Shown here one piece after another: positions 8,912 to 18,885 of a stretch of DNA of 59,287 nucleotides. Made by a program: the position numbers and the translations under genes. The notes below the pieces were generated by a model. That model was not told the DNA's origin and searched no databases. It was given only the letters and a program-made list of their open reading frames with translations. Every line of letters begins with the position of its first letter. The first letter of the stretch is position 1. Source of the DNA: Balneolaceae bacterium (GTDB lineage Bacteria; Bacteroidota; Rhodothermia; Balneolales; Natronogracilivirgulaceae); contig RECX01000230.1 in NCBI GenBank assembly GCA_007693825.1, forward strand, positions 1 to 59,287. Reading direction: 5' to 3'.

Positions 8912-11878
8912 ATGCCGACGGATCATAAATCGCTGAACAAGGCTTTTGCTGCGTTTTCTTTTCTTACTGCCCTGATACTGTACATGCTGACGCTCCCGCC
9001 AACTGCCAGTTTCTGGGATTGCAGTGAACGGATTGCATGCGCATATGGCCTGCAGATACCTCATCCGCCCGGAACACCGTTCTATCTGTTGCTTGGACGC
9101 GTTTTTTCCATGTTCGTCGGTCCGCTGTCTGCCGCCTACATGATTAACCTGATGAGTGCGCTGGCTTCGGCTACCACCATCATGCTCCTGTATCTGATTG
9201 TCGTACGGCTTATCCGTGAGTTTCGCGGTCATGCTACCGACAGTTACCCGCTTATCGACCGGATCGGGCTCTACGGCGGCGGTCTGGTCGGCGCGCTGAC
9301 GTTTGCAGTGAGCGACAGCCACTGGTTTACCTCCATCGAAGCCGAAACCTATGCCCTCTCGCTTACCTTTACCGCTCTTGTGGTTTGGCTCGTTCTGAAG
9401 TGGTCTGAAAATCATGACGACCTGCGAAATGAACGCTGGCTGCTTCTGATCACCTTTCTTTTCGGACTGGCCTTTGGAGTCCACCTGCTCAGCCTTTTGG
9501 CCGTTTTCTTCGTTGGACTGATTATCTATTTCAAAAAGTTTGAATTTCAGTTCTCCTCTTTTGCCATTGCCTCGGCCATAACGGTCGGTGTGTTTTTTCT
9601 GATCTATCCGCTCACCATCATTCAGCTTCCCGCCCTGGCTGGCTCATTTGCTGATGTGACCGGAGGCATGCTTGGACCTCTTGCCTTTCTTATACTCTTT
9701 GGCGGACTTATTGTATATGGCATTTACTATACGCACAAAAAAAACCATCGCACTGCCAATATCGTCCTGCTCGGATATTTCCTTATCCTGACCGGCTACT
9801 CCAGTTACTCCATGATCTACATCCGGTCACAGGTCAACCCGGCTATCGATCAGAATTCGCCGGATACGGTAGATGGCTTCATAAGTTATCTCAAACGCGA
9901 ACAGTACGGCCAGCAACCCCTGTTTCGAGGCGACAGCTACAGCAATGAAATCGGTGGAATTGACCGGGGTAACCCGAAACTTTTTCCAAGAAGGTACTCA
10001 CCCGATCAGCGGCACCAGCAAAAGTACGCAGAGTATCGCAGTAACCTTCACTTCTTCCTGAGTTACCAGGTGAACTATATGTATCTCAGGTATTTCGCAT
10101 GGAATTTCATCGGCAGGGACAGTGACCTGCAGGGTGCCCGGTGGATATCAGGTTTTGAACAAAACAGTGACTTTACCCATAATCGCGCCCACAACCGGTA
10201 TTTCTTTTTCCCATTTGCGCTAGGGCTTATAGGCATGTTCTTCCATTTCAGAAAGGACTGGAAACGAGCCCTGGGTGTACTTGTCCTTTTTGTTGCGACC
10301 GGTCTTGCGATTGTCGCCTACCTGAACCAAACCCCGTTCCAGCCCAGGGAGCGTGATTACTCCTACACCGGCTCTTTCTTCGCTTTCTCCATATGGATAG
10401 GCATCGGTGCCGCAGGCCTTATTGAGCTGGTCAAGCATTATCTGAAGTCAAATCAGTATGCAGCATACGGGGCACTGGCTTTGATGCTGTTAGCTCTACC
10501 TGTGCTGATTGGAAGTCAAACTTACAAAAATAATGACAGAAGCCTGCGGTATGTGGCTCCGGACTACGCCTATAACCTGCTTAACAGTACGGCTCCCTAC
10601 GCTATCCTTTTTACCAATGGCGATAATGACACTTTTCCGCTTTGGTACCTCCAGGAAGTAGAAGGCCTGCGCACGGATGTACGGGTCGTTAATCTGAGCC
10701 TGCTCAATACCGAGTGGTACATCAAGCAGATGAAGAATCTTTGGAATCATGAAGCACCACCTGTCCCCATCGATCTGACCGATGCCGAAGTGGACAGGCT
10801 GAACGACAAGTTTCAGTTCCGGCGCGCGTCTGACTTCCACCGGCCGGGCGATATCTCCATACCGGTGGACCGCGAATTTCTCAGACAGATTTATGCGGGG
10901 GAGATCGACTTCCCATGGGCTCCCGGTGAAATACCTGAAGAAATGGGATTTGGCGTGCCGCTGCAAGAACTGGATGACGAAGTGACCTGGTATCTGGAAG
11001 GAATTTTCCTGGGCCGGGACAGGGACGGAAATGAAATGCATTACACCCGCATACAGGATGACATGGTCATGGAAATCCTGAGAACCAATCGCTGGGTCCG
11101 TCCCGTCTACTTCTCAACAACCGTGGCCCGGGATGCGCAGATGAACCTGCAGAATTATTTCCGCCTGGAAGGAAAGGCATTTCGTGTCATGCCCTTCCGG
11201 ACAGGCAATCAGCTCGATACCCAGATTCATGGTCAACGGCTCAAGTCATTCCGGCTGCGTGAAATAGACAACGAAAAAGCCTATTTCGATGAGAATATCC
11301 GCCGGATGATGGACAATTACCGCACCATCATCAATCGGCAGGCCGGAGCGTTTCTCGAAGCGGAACAACCAGACAGCGCCGCCTACTGGCTCAAGTGGGG
11401 GGAAACCCACATTCCTTTTACCGTCATCGAAGGAGATCCCACCTCCATACTTAATTATGCCTATCGCTACGCACAAGTCGGAGTGAATGACCGCGCCCTT
11501 GAACTCGCCGGAAAGTCAAGACGGGATCTCGACATTGCATTTCGCAATTATGTGCGGGAACTGGGCCAGGTCGAAGCTGAAATCTCCATGCTGGAACAGC
11601 GGATGGACGAAGCAGGCCGCCGCATGGATTCACGGAGACGGAGGGAGCTGCAGCATCGCTTGCAGACCCTGAACAGGGAACGACAGCAGATTTTTCGTGA
11701 ACTTTCTTTTGAATCCAGCAGGTACATGATACTGCAGCGGATATTTTTCATGAATGACCTGGAGGATGAAGCACTGGCCTTGGCTGACTTTATTGCCGAG
11801 GTTTCGGACAACAGACTGCCATTTCCACGGGATCGCGAAGAGAACAGGATGCGGGTCAGCAGAATTTTTGGTGAATAA
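8912..11878 (+). CDS. DUF2723-domain membrane protein (glycosyltransferase-fold, PMT/TMEM260-like) with a large C-terminal soluble region
   Basis: 988 aa. N-terminal FWDCSERIACAYGLQIPHPPGTPFYLLLGRVF signature, more than 10 TM helices, and a coiled-coil/TPR-like tail. Confidence 0.8.
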   Translation: MPTDHKSLNKAFAAFSFLTALILYMLTLPPTASFWDCSERIACAYGLQIPHPPGTPFYLLLGRVFSMFVGPLSAAYMINLMSALASATTIMLLYLIVVRLIREFRGHATDSYPLIDRIGLYGGGLVGALTFAVSDSHWFTSIEAETYALSLTFTALVVWLVLKWSENHDDLRNERWLLLITFLFGLAFGVHLLSLLAVFFVGLIIYFKKFEFQFSSFAIASAITVGVFFLIYPLTIIQLPALAGSFADVTGGMLGPLAFLILFGGLIVYGIYYTHKKNHRTANIVLLGYFLILTGYSSYSMIYIRSQVNPAIDQNSPDTVDGFISYLKREQYGQQPLFRGDSYSNEIGGIDRGNPKLFPRRYSPDQRHQQKYAEYRSNLHFFLSYQVNYMYLRYFAWNFIGRDSDLQGARWISGFEQNSDFTHNRAHNRYFFFPFALGLIGMFFHFRKDWKRALGVLVLFVATGLAIVAYLNQTPFQPRERDYSYTGSFFAFSIWIGIGAAGLIELVKHYLKSNQYAAYGALALMLLALPVLIGSQTYKNNDRSLRYVAPDYAYNLLNSTAPYAILFTNGDNDTFPLWYLQEVEGLRTDVRVVNLSLLNTEWYIKQMKNLWNHEAPPVPIDLTDAEVDRLNDKFQFRRASDFHRPGDISIPVDREFLRQIYAGEIDFPWAPGEIPEEMGFGVPLQELDDEVTWYLEGIFLGRDRDGNEMHYTRIQDDMVMEILRTNRWVRPVYFSTTVARDAQMNLQNYFRLEGKAFRVMPFRTGNQLDTQIHGQRLKSFRLREIDNEKAYFDENIRRMMDNYRTIINRQAGAFLEAEQPDSAAYWLKWGETHIPFTVIEGDPTSILNYAYRYAQVGVNDRALELAGKSRRDLDIAFRNYVRELGQVEAEISMLEQRMDEAGRRMDSRRRRELQHRLQTLNRERQQIFRELSFESSRYMILQRIFFMNDLEDEALALADFIAEVSDNRLPFPRDREENRMRVSRIFGE

Positions 11879-11963
11879 TCATCTGTTCCAATATTCCGCT
11901 GTGAGCGTTATATTTATCCATAGTGCTATCCCACTTCTGCCCTGCCAAAACCCTTTTTTTGAA

Positions 11964-12419
11964 ATGATCCATAAATTCACTGAGGAAAATATTTCCACAA
12001 TAGCCAATATTCTTGGTTCTGAGCCCAAAAAAAGCGGCAGTGTTTACCGATTTGAGATTACCAATACGGAATCAAACCGGAAGATGGCTCTTGAAATTCA
12101 CCTTGGGCTGCTCATTGACGAAGAACCTGTCAATCTTATCTCCGTCTACACGCAGGATACTTTTCTCCAGTTGCATAACTGCACCGCGTTCGTAGCCAGT
12201 GACATGCTTCATCAGATTACGTTTTTTGGAAAAGATGGTTCCAAAATATCAGGTCTTATCATTGAAAAAGAGGCTGGTTGCAGCCTGTATGCCAATGTGA
12301 ATGACTCTCTGCTAAGCGGTGACTTTACCAAATTGCCCCCGGAAGTGATGATGTGCAGCGTGGCGTTATCCCTTACCGAGTCCATAGATTTTGAAGGATT
12401 CAATTTTGACGATGATTAA
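11964..12419 (+). CDS. Hypothetical protein (151 aa)
   Basis: Start placed at the first ATG downstream of the preceding stop (MIHKFTEEN...). The upstream part of the track ORF overlaps the previous CDS. Confidence 0.5.
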   Translation: MIHKFTEENISTIANILGSEPKKSGSVYRFEITNTESNRKMALEIHLGLLIDEEPVNLISVYTQDTFLQLHNCTAFVASDMLHQITFFGKDGSKISGLIIEKEAGCSLYANVNDSLLSGDFTKLPPEVMMCSVALSLTESIDFEGFNFDDD

Positions 12420-12461
12420 GCAGGTATTATCGTAAAACCCTGGCTATTGCAATTGCCCCTG

Positions 12462-12896
12462 ATGGATCCGGTATCCTTTGAGATGTTTAACCAGACCGAT
12501 GAGAACATCCCGTTCTCAGGCGATATGTTGCGGTGTCTCATAGATCTGGTCCATGAACATGAAAAAAGGAATTTTCTACATGTGGAAGTGGTTTTTGTGA
12601 ACGATATGGAAATCCTGGAGATGAACCGTCGGTATCTCGGACACGACCATGTAACAGATATCATAACATTTCCTTATCATGAAAATGATGACCCGGTGGA
12701 AGGAACACTTTTTTGCTGCGCACCTCAGATACGACGCCAGTCTGAGGAGATCGGTGTGACCTTCGACACAGAAGTGCTTAGAATAGTCATACATGGCCTG
12801 CTGCACCTGGTTGGCTATGATGATGAAACTGAGGCGCAGCGAAACCACATGCACTCTCTGGAAAATAAATACATTAGGCTTTATCTGGATTATTGA
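12462..12896 (+). CDS. ybeY: rRNA maturation endoribonuclease YbeY
   Basis: HGLLHLVGYDD zinc motif and the typical ~145-aa length. A TTG at 12447 is an alternative start. Confidence 0.9.
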   Translation: MDPVSFEMFNQTDENIPFSGDMLRCLIDLVHEHEKRNFLHVEVVFVNDMEILEMNRRYLGHDHVTDIITFPYHENDDPVEGTLFCCAPQIRRQSEEIGVTFDTEVLRIVIHGLLHLVGYDDETEAQRNHMHSLENKYIRLYLDY

Positions 12897-13349
12897 ATGC
12901 AAAACAACGTTATCGATCTGATCATATATCTGGTCAAAAGGATCCATATTGGCGCCAAGCTAAAGGATATAAAGCTTGATAAACTGCGTGGCTACAATCA
13001 CTCGGAAATCAGCGCCGCCTATTCCTGGCTGATCCAGAAGCATGAATCAGGTGAATTTATCGGGGAACGGGCTGAAATGAAAAACCTGCCTTCGCCACGT
13101 GTGCTTCATCCCAATGAACGATCCCGCGTATCTTCAGACGCTTATGGCTACATTCTGGAGCTGTATTACATTGGCATACTGGATGCCAGACGAATGGAGC
13201 GTCTGATTGAATATGCCATGCTCCGGCTTGACAAAGAAGTAACTGACGTCGCCGATGTCAAGGAGTGGGTTGCCGGAATGATTTTTGACAGCGAATACCT
13301 TGGGAGCGACCGGTCTCTGTTCCTCAAGGGAAATGAAAACATTAACTGA
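12897..13349 (+). CDS. smg: Smg / DUF494-family protein
   Basis: Colinear by-eye match to E. coli Smg: VIDLIIYLV..., SEISAAYSWLIQK, RVLHPNERSRVSSDAYGYILEL, DVKEWVAGMIF. Its ATG directly follows the ybeY stop. Confidence 0.65.
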   Translation: MQNNVIDLIIYLVKRIHIGAKLKDIKLDKLRGYNHSEISAAYSWLIQKHESGEFIGERAEMKNLPSPRVLHPNERSRVSSDAYGYILELYYIGILDARRMERLIEYAMLRLDKEVTDVADVKEWVAGMIFDSEYLGSDRSLFLKGNENIN

Positions 13350-13361
13350 CATCGCACAGTA

Positions 13362-14618
13362 ATGGATGTCTACCTGATCTGGCTCCTTGGTTTTGGAGTT
13401 TTTTTTCTTTTCGCCACTTCCCTGATTCTGATTCACAATCGCAGCCACTTCCTTGGCTTGGCCGACCTGAACTCCAGTGCGACACTGTCAGCCCCGGAAT
13501 TAAACGGGGAAACCACTTCAGAACCTGACTGGGTTTCCATTTTAATCCCAGCCCGAAACGAGGAAAGCAATCTTCCAAAATTGCTGAACAGCCTCGGCAA
13601 ACAGGACCGGCCCCGTCTGGATATCCATATTCTGGATGATCAGTCCGAAGACAGCACCAGGGAAATCGCCGAAGAATTCCGTGATGCCATGAAATCCCGC
13701 ATGCGGGACGATCCGTCATCTGACATTCATGTCACCGTCCATTCTTCCCTGGAAAGGCCGGAGGGCTGGCTTGGAAAAAACTGGGCCTGTCAGCAGCTGG
13801 CCGGACATGCCCGTGGCGATATTTATATCTTTCTTGATGCCGATACCTGGCTTGCTTCCAATGCCATCACATCGATCATGGAGGGCGTCCATAGATTCGA
13901 ACTTGATTTTGCTACGGTCTGGCCCCATCAGATCATGGAGTCACTTCTGGAAAAAACCGTCGTATCGTCAGTCTATGCCACTGTGGCCGCCTATCTCCCC
14001 ACACGTTACAGTTATCAGGCACCGGCATGGATACCCTTCCGAAACCTTCGTCAGAAAGTGAAACCCATGTTTGCAAGCGCATGCGGACAGTGCATGATCT
14101 TTAAAAGAGATACATACCGGGAAATTGGGGGACATAAGCCCGTCAAAGATCAGGTAGTCGAAGATGTCATGCTGGCAAAGATGGTCGTCCGAAAAGGAAA
14201 AACCATGCGGATGTTCCATGGTACAGACAGGCTGTGGTGCCGTATGTATCGCAGCCCTTCCGAAATCTTTAACGGATTTCGTAAAAATTTCTTTGCCGGG
14301 TTCAACTACAATACTCCACTTTTTGTCCTCGCATGGCTTCTGCACTTCACTGTTTATGTGCTCCCCGCACTTGTTCTGATTGCAACACTTGCCGGTATCC
14401 TGGAGCCAAACGACAAGCCCCTGATCGCATCACTGTCAGGCCTGGTAGTTCTGACGGCTTTGATACAGCGACTTTGGATATCAAAGTTTTATAACTGGTC
14501 TTTTTTGGCAGGTTTTATGTATCTGCCCGGTATACTCTGGTTTCATATGCTTGCTTTCGTGGTGATATACGATCGTCTTTTAAAGAGCGGCCCCACCTGG
14601 AAAGGACGGCCTGTCTGA
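13362..14618 (+). CDS. Family-2 glycosyltransferase, membrane-anchored
   Basis: ILIPARNEE, LDDQSEDST and FLDADT motifs of GT-A/GT2, an N-terminal TM helix and C-terminal TM helices. Confidence 0.85.
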   Translation: MDVYLIWLLGFGVFFLFATSLILIHNRSHFLGLADLNSSATLSAPELNGETTSEPDWVSILIPARNEESNLPKLLNSLGKQDRPRLDIHILDDQSEDSTREIAEEFRDAMKSRMRDDPSSDIHVTVHSSLERPEGWLGKNWACQQLAGHARGDIYIFLDADTWLASNAITSIMEGVHRFELDFATVWPHQIMESLLEKTVVSSVYATVAAYLPTRYSYQAPAWIPFRNLRQKVKPMFASACGQCMIFKRDTYREIGGHKPVKDQVVEDVMLAKMVVRKGKTMRMFHGTDRLWCRMYRSPSEIFNGFRKNFFAGFNYNTPLFVLAWLLHFTVYVLPALVLIATLAGILEPNDKPLIASLSGLVVLTALIQRLWISKFYNWSFLAGFMYLPGILWFHMLAFVVIYDRLLKSGPTWKGRPV

Positions 14619-15164
14619 ACCACCGTGCCATTTTGGAAAACCGGGCTGCTCTGGTCCTTTTCTCTGTCTTTTTTGTTGCCGCGAGTCCATTCCATTCTCC
14701 TTTTTTTGTTCTTTCTCCTGCTTTTGCCGTTTCTGACTGGAACCGATGATATATTCATAATCTGATTCAGCCGCAAAGGAGATAATCTTTCTGGATCGGA
14801 AAGCATTCCGCTTCAACTCGTCCTTTAAAGAGAGAAACCCCCAGTTGAAATTCCTCTGGAGGAACTTGTGAAGCGCCTTGTCATTTTCGAAACCGGATTC
14901 CAGCGCCACCTTGTAAGCGGTAGCCGACCAGTCTGACTGGATTACCCTGCAGACTTTTCTGAAACGTGCCCTCCTGAGTACCATCTTCGGGTTCTCCTGA
15001 AACCGTTTTTTAAATCTGCGGCAAAAGTGGGATCGGGAGTAACCCATGCAGGCAGCCCACTCTGTCACATTTCGGATCTCAAGAATATGGCTGATGAGAA
15101 CACCTACAGCTATATCCATTTGGCGGTACGACGGTTCTTTCAGACGATCATTGGAAATTTTCAT
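14580..15164 (-). CDS. AraC-type helix-turn-helix domain protein with a K/Q/E-rich tail
   Basis: The EWAACMGYSRSHFCRRFKKRF ... YKVALESGFENDKALHKFLQ pattern matches the two HTH units of AraC/XylS. There is no ligand domain. Its 3' end overlaps the GT2 gene by 39 nt. Confidence 0.65.
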   Translation of the reverse strand: MKISNDRLKEPSYRQMDIAVGVLISHILEIRNVTEWAACMGYSRSHFCRRFKKRFQENPKMVLRRARFRKVCRVIQSDWSATAYKVALESGFENDKALHKFLQRNFNWGFLSLKDELKRNAFRSRKIISFAAESDYEYIIGSSQKRQKQEKEQKKENGMDSRQQKRQRKGPEQPGFPKWHGGSDRPSFPGGAAL

Positions 15165-15349
15165 AGTATCTCAGGTTTTATCCATGGTTTTATTTTAGCT
15201 ACAAACAACATAATTGATAACAGGCACTTCTTAAGAGTATCGAGACCACGTTTCCTTACAATTTTTTTTTCAATTTTTAATAATTTCTGCTTTTAAATGA
15301 AGATGCATTGATTATCTTATCAGAAGGATGAATACAGGAATGACGGATT

Positions 15350-16285
15350 ATGAGTGACTTCCTCCTGCTCGGCCGCTTTATCAGATATCTTGAAATTGAG
15401 CGTAATGCTTCCTCAAAAACCGTGGAAGCCTATCAATGTGATATCCGTCAGTTTCTGGATTTCTGTTGTATGGAATGGGAAATAAGGCCTGTGGACCTGG
15501 ACTATAACCGGATAGACAGACTCATGATCCGACTCTGGCTTGGCTCCCTGATGTCTTCAAAGGCTGCCAAATCCACACTCGCAAGGAAAAGCGCATCCGT
15601 GCGCTCATTCCTGAAATTCGCGTACAAAAGAGGCCAGATCCTCCACAATCCGGCACATATGCTCATGAATCCAAAAAAAGAGCACCGCCTGCCAAAAACT
15701 GTACGTCCGGATGAACTTGGACTCATGATGGAAACAATCGAAACCGACAGTCCGTCCGGTAAAAGAGATCTGGCCATTATGGAACTCCTCTACAGTACAG
15801 GTATGAGGCTTTCGGAACTGGTCGGTTTGAACACTTCCGATCTTGATCTGAACCGTAAACGGGTCAAGGTATTCGGGAAAGGCGCCAGGGAACGCATCAT
15901 CCCGTTCGGAGATCCCGCATCCACGGCACTCCGCAATTACCTCGCGGACAGACCGCAGCTAACTGGTTCCAAAACCGGAGAGGACGATAGGAATGCACTA
16001 TTTCTCACCGATTCCGGAAAACGAGTCTATCCAAGACTGATCCAGCGAAAGGTATCACTGTACCTTTCGCGCGTATGCGAAGTCAGCCAAAAAAGCCCCC
16101 ATGTCCTGCGGCACAGCTTCGCAACACACCTGCTCGACCGTGGAGCCGGCATACGGGTCATCAAGGAACTACTGGGACACGCTGACCTGGCCGCAACCCA
16201 AATCTACACGGGTACCAGCGTGGAACACCTTCGCAATGTCTATCGGACAGCACATCCGCGCGCAGATACCCCCGATTCTGAATGA
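15350..16285 (+). CDS. Tyrosine site-specific recombinase XerC/XerD
   Basis: N-terminal SAM-like domain (YLEIERNASSKTVEAYQCDIRQF) and catalytic region ...GMRLSEL..., HVLRHSFATHLL, GHADLAATQIYT. Confidence 0.9.
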   Translation: MSDFLLLGRFIRYLEIERNASSKTVEAYQCDIRQFLDFCCMEWEIRPVDLDYNRIDRLMIRLWLGSLMSSKAAKSTLARKSASVRSFLKFAYKRGQILHNPAHMLMNPKKEHRLPKTVRPDELGLMMETIETDSPSGKRDLAIMELLYSTGMRLSELVGLNTSDLDLNRKRVKVFGKGARERIIPFGDPASTALRNYLADRPQLTGSKTGEDDRNALFLTDSGKRVYPRLIQRKVSLYLSRVCEVSQKSPHVLRHSFATHLLDRGAGIRVIKELLGHADLAATQIYTGTSVEHLRNVYRTAHPRADTPDSE

Positions 16286-16357
16286 AAACCATGTTTGTCT
16301 TTTAAGCCGTTTTATGACATTCTCCATTTCAACATGAACCCTAATCCATCTCAGATA

Positions 16358-16657
16358 ATGAATATCAATTTCACAGCCCGAAAGTTTGAAGCAAGCCAGA
16401 ATCTCCAGGACTTCACTACCGAGGAGATTAATAAACTGAAACGGTTTTTCGACAGGATCTACTCCTGCGATATCGTTCTGGAACCATCCCCGGATAACGA
16501 TAACCCGGCCAAGGCGGAACTAACGGTCAAAGTCAAACAGGACCTGCTCAAAGCCACGGAAGCGGGTCCGGCATATGAGCAGGCTGTGCGTTCTGCTGTG
16601 GATAACATGCGCCGGCAACTTCTCAAATACAAAGACAAACGATTTTCCCGCAACTGA
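16358..16657 (+). CDS. hpf: Ribosome hibernation promoting factor / RaiA family (short form)
   Basis: An MNINFTARKFE... N-terminus is typical of HPF/RaiA, at about 100 aa. In-frame ATGs at 16334 and 16295 are alternative starts. Confidence 0.8.
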   Translation: MNINFTARKFEASQNLQDFTTEEINKLKRFFDRIYSCDIVLEPSPDNDNPAKAELTVKVKQDLLKATEAGPAYEQAVRSAVDNMRRQLLKYKDKRFSRN

Positions 16658-16659
16658 CA

Positions 16660-16679
16660 CCTGATCACGTTTGATCAGG
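16660..16679 (+). terminator. Hairpin just after hpf (CCTGATCA-cgtt-TGATCAGG), a possible terminator
   Basis: Perfect 8-bp stem 3 nt after the hpf stop, but only a weak T-rich tail (gtattctgt). Confidence 0.35.
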
Positions 16680-16704
16680 TATTCTGTACGTCATATTTAC
16701 AATA

Positions 16705-17733
16705 ATGCCATACAAAAATATAAAAGCTGTTCCCAGAAAAGAGAATATCCGTGTCTCTTTTCTGGTTGAGCAGCTTCGTGCCAAGCTAAAGCTCGATATC
16801 CATCCCTGTACATCGGAATCCTTCTCCACCGAACGCAAGATCACCGATACCGACCTGCACCGGCCCGGACTGGCCCTTGCCGGCTACGTAGATCTTTTTT
16901 CCCACCAGAGAATCCAGGTTATCGGCAACAGCGAACGGAAATACATCGATCACATCGGTGAGGATGTCTGCCTCAGGGCTTTCCTGGAAATCACCAAATT
17001 CCCTGTGCCGGTTATCTTCCTGACCGATAACAATACGCTGCCGGATTCCTTTCTGCAACTCGCCGAAAAAGCCGGCTTGCCGGTTTTCCAGACGCCAATG
17101 GAGACAACCCGCTTCATGTTCCTCGTGCGTGACTTCCTGGAGGATCAGTTTGCCGTACAGACCATGGTACACGGATCCATGGTGGATGTATACGGTGTCG
17201 GTATCCTTATATCGGGCAAATCCGGCATCGGCAAGAGCGAAGTGGCGCTTGATCTGGTAGAGCGGGGCCACCGTGTTGTATCCGACGATGTCATCATCCT
17301 GACCAAAAAAAGCAATGTGCTGATCGCCTCCCCGACCGAGATCAATAAACATTTCATGGAGATACGGGGACTCGGCATCGTGGATGTGATGTCCATGTTC
17401 GGCATTCGGGCTATCCGGTATCAGAAACGGGTGGAAGTGATCCTGGAACTCAGCTTGTGGGACGAATCCCAGCATGTGGACCGCACCGGACTCAACCGGC
17501 AGAATACTTCTGTCCTGGGCATTGACATCCCCACGATCAACCTGCCGATTACGCCCGGCAAAAACATTACCGTCATTGCCGAAGTCATCGCCATGAACCA
17601 TCTTCTCTCCCACTACGGATATGACGCCGCTCAAGCCTTTCAGAAAAAAATCCAGGACCGGATTGCCGGTAAAAAGTCCGGAAGCCCGGTCATCCAGAGA
17701 GCCGTTGAATACTTTGAAGGGGATTTGGAATAG
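16705..17733 (+). CDS. hprK: HPr kinase/phosphorylase
   Basis: GKSGIGKSEVALDLVERGHRVVSDD Walker A region and EIRGLGIVDV signature. Confidence 0.92.
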   Translation: MPYKNIKAVPRKENIRVSFLVEQLRAKLKLDIHPCTSESFSTERKITDTDLHRPGLALAGYVDLFSHQRIQVIGNSERKYIDHIGEDVCLRAFLEITKFPVPVIFLTDNNTLPDSFLQLAEKAGLPVFQTPMETTRFMFLVRDFLEDQFAVQTMVHGSMVDVYGVGILISGKSGIGKSEVALDLVERGHRVVSDDVIILTKKSNVLIASPTEINKHFMEIRGLGIVDVMSMFGIRAIRYQKRVEVILELSLWDESQHVDRTGLNRQNTSVLGIDIPTINLPITPGKNITVIAEVIAMNHLLSHYGYDAAQAFQKKIQDRIAGKKSGSPVIQRAVEYFEGDLE

Positions 17734-17845
17734 ATAAAACAATAACTTAATCCCTTTGTTTTGTATTGTTGCGCAATAATAATATCTTTGCCATACAAAG
17801 TATTGTCCTGTAAAAAGCCCCATAGGATATCAAGACAAGCCAGGT

Positions 17846-18814
17846 TTGGAAAATTACTTCTACTACGACGAAAAGGAATGCCAGTTCATTCCCGTGACAT
17901 ACGGATTGGCCGAGCGGGTCATTTATACGCTCAGCCTGTGGATACTGGTGGGCGCTGTGGTTACAGCTGTCACACTCTCCCTTCTCTCTTTTTCGGTTGG
18001 ATCTCCAGCAGAAATAGCACTGAAGGCAGAAAACAAGGTGCTCTACGATCAGCTCCACGAAACGCGTAAAAGCATTGAATACCTGGATCAGCAGATAGCC
18101 ACGATAGCAAGCATGGATAATGACATCTACCGGACCATGCTTGGAATTGACCCAATATCCGATGATGAGCGTCAGGCTGGTGTTGGCGGGGCCGATATCT
18201 ATGCCCGTTTTGATGCCTACAGTGACCCATCATCTGATCTGCTTCGATGGACAGCCAGTAATCTTGAGGGTATTGAACGCCGCATCAACATACAGAAACT
18301 CAGCTTCGAGGAAATAAAAGCTAATTACAACCAGAACAAGGAGCTGATGAGAAACATACCGGCCATCCGTCCGGTCTCAGGTATCATTCTTAGTGGATTC
18401 GGAATGCGCCCTCATCCGGTCCTCGGCTACAAGCGCATGCATGAGGGTGTGGACTTCAGGGCAAGGGTCGGCACCCCGGTCTATGCCACCGGTGATGGCG
18501 TTGTCAAATCTGCAAGGCGCTGGCGGACTTACGGACTTCTGCTGGTCATTGACCACGGTCACGGATATGAAACAAGATATGCTCATCTCTCCAGCCTGGC
18601 TGATGGCATAAGACCCGGTGTGAAAGTGGAGCGTGGACAGATTGTGGCACGGAGCGGAAACTCCGGAGTTACCAGCGGACCGCATCTTCATTACGAGGTA
18701 GTCAGGAACGGGCGACCTGTAGACCCGATGAATTACATGTTTGCCGATCTGACCCCGGACGAATACGTGGAATACCGCAGAATTGCTGACAGTATGACCA
18801 TGTCCATGGACTGA
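17846..18814 (+). CDS. M23-family (LytM-type) peptidoglycan metalloendopeptidase, N-terminally anchored
   Basis: HEGVDF and GNSGVTSGPHLHYEV motifs. TTG start, with no in-frame ATG upstream. Confidence 0.88.
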   Translation: MENYFYYDEKECQFIPVTYGLAERVIYTLSLWILVGAVVTAVTLSLLSFSVGSPAEIALKAENKVLYDQLHETRKSIEYLDQQIATIASMDNDIYRTMLGIDPISDDERQAGVGGADIYARFDAYSDPSSDLLRWTASNLEGIERRINIQKLSFEEIKANYNQNKELMRNIPAIRPVSGIILSGFGMRPHPVLGYKRMHEGVDFRARVGTPVYATGDGVVKSARRWRTYGLLLVIDHGHGYETRYAHLSSLADGIRPGVKVERGQIVARSGNSGVTSGPHLHYEVVRNGRPVDPMNYMFADLTPDEYVEYRRIADSMTMSMD

Positions 18815-18885
18815 TCTTGTAATAAGAGCAGAGTATATAAATGACCTGTTCGTTCGATCTCCTGTCTGACTGCTGACAGCCCCTG

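Noticed and set aside
15350-16285. The tyrosine recombinase as a marker of an integrated mobile element.
   Set aside because: Sequence features fit chromosomal XerC/XerD. It is flanked by housekeeping genes (hpf, hprK, GT2), and I see no att-like direct repeats, tRNA or cargo genes.
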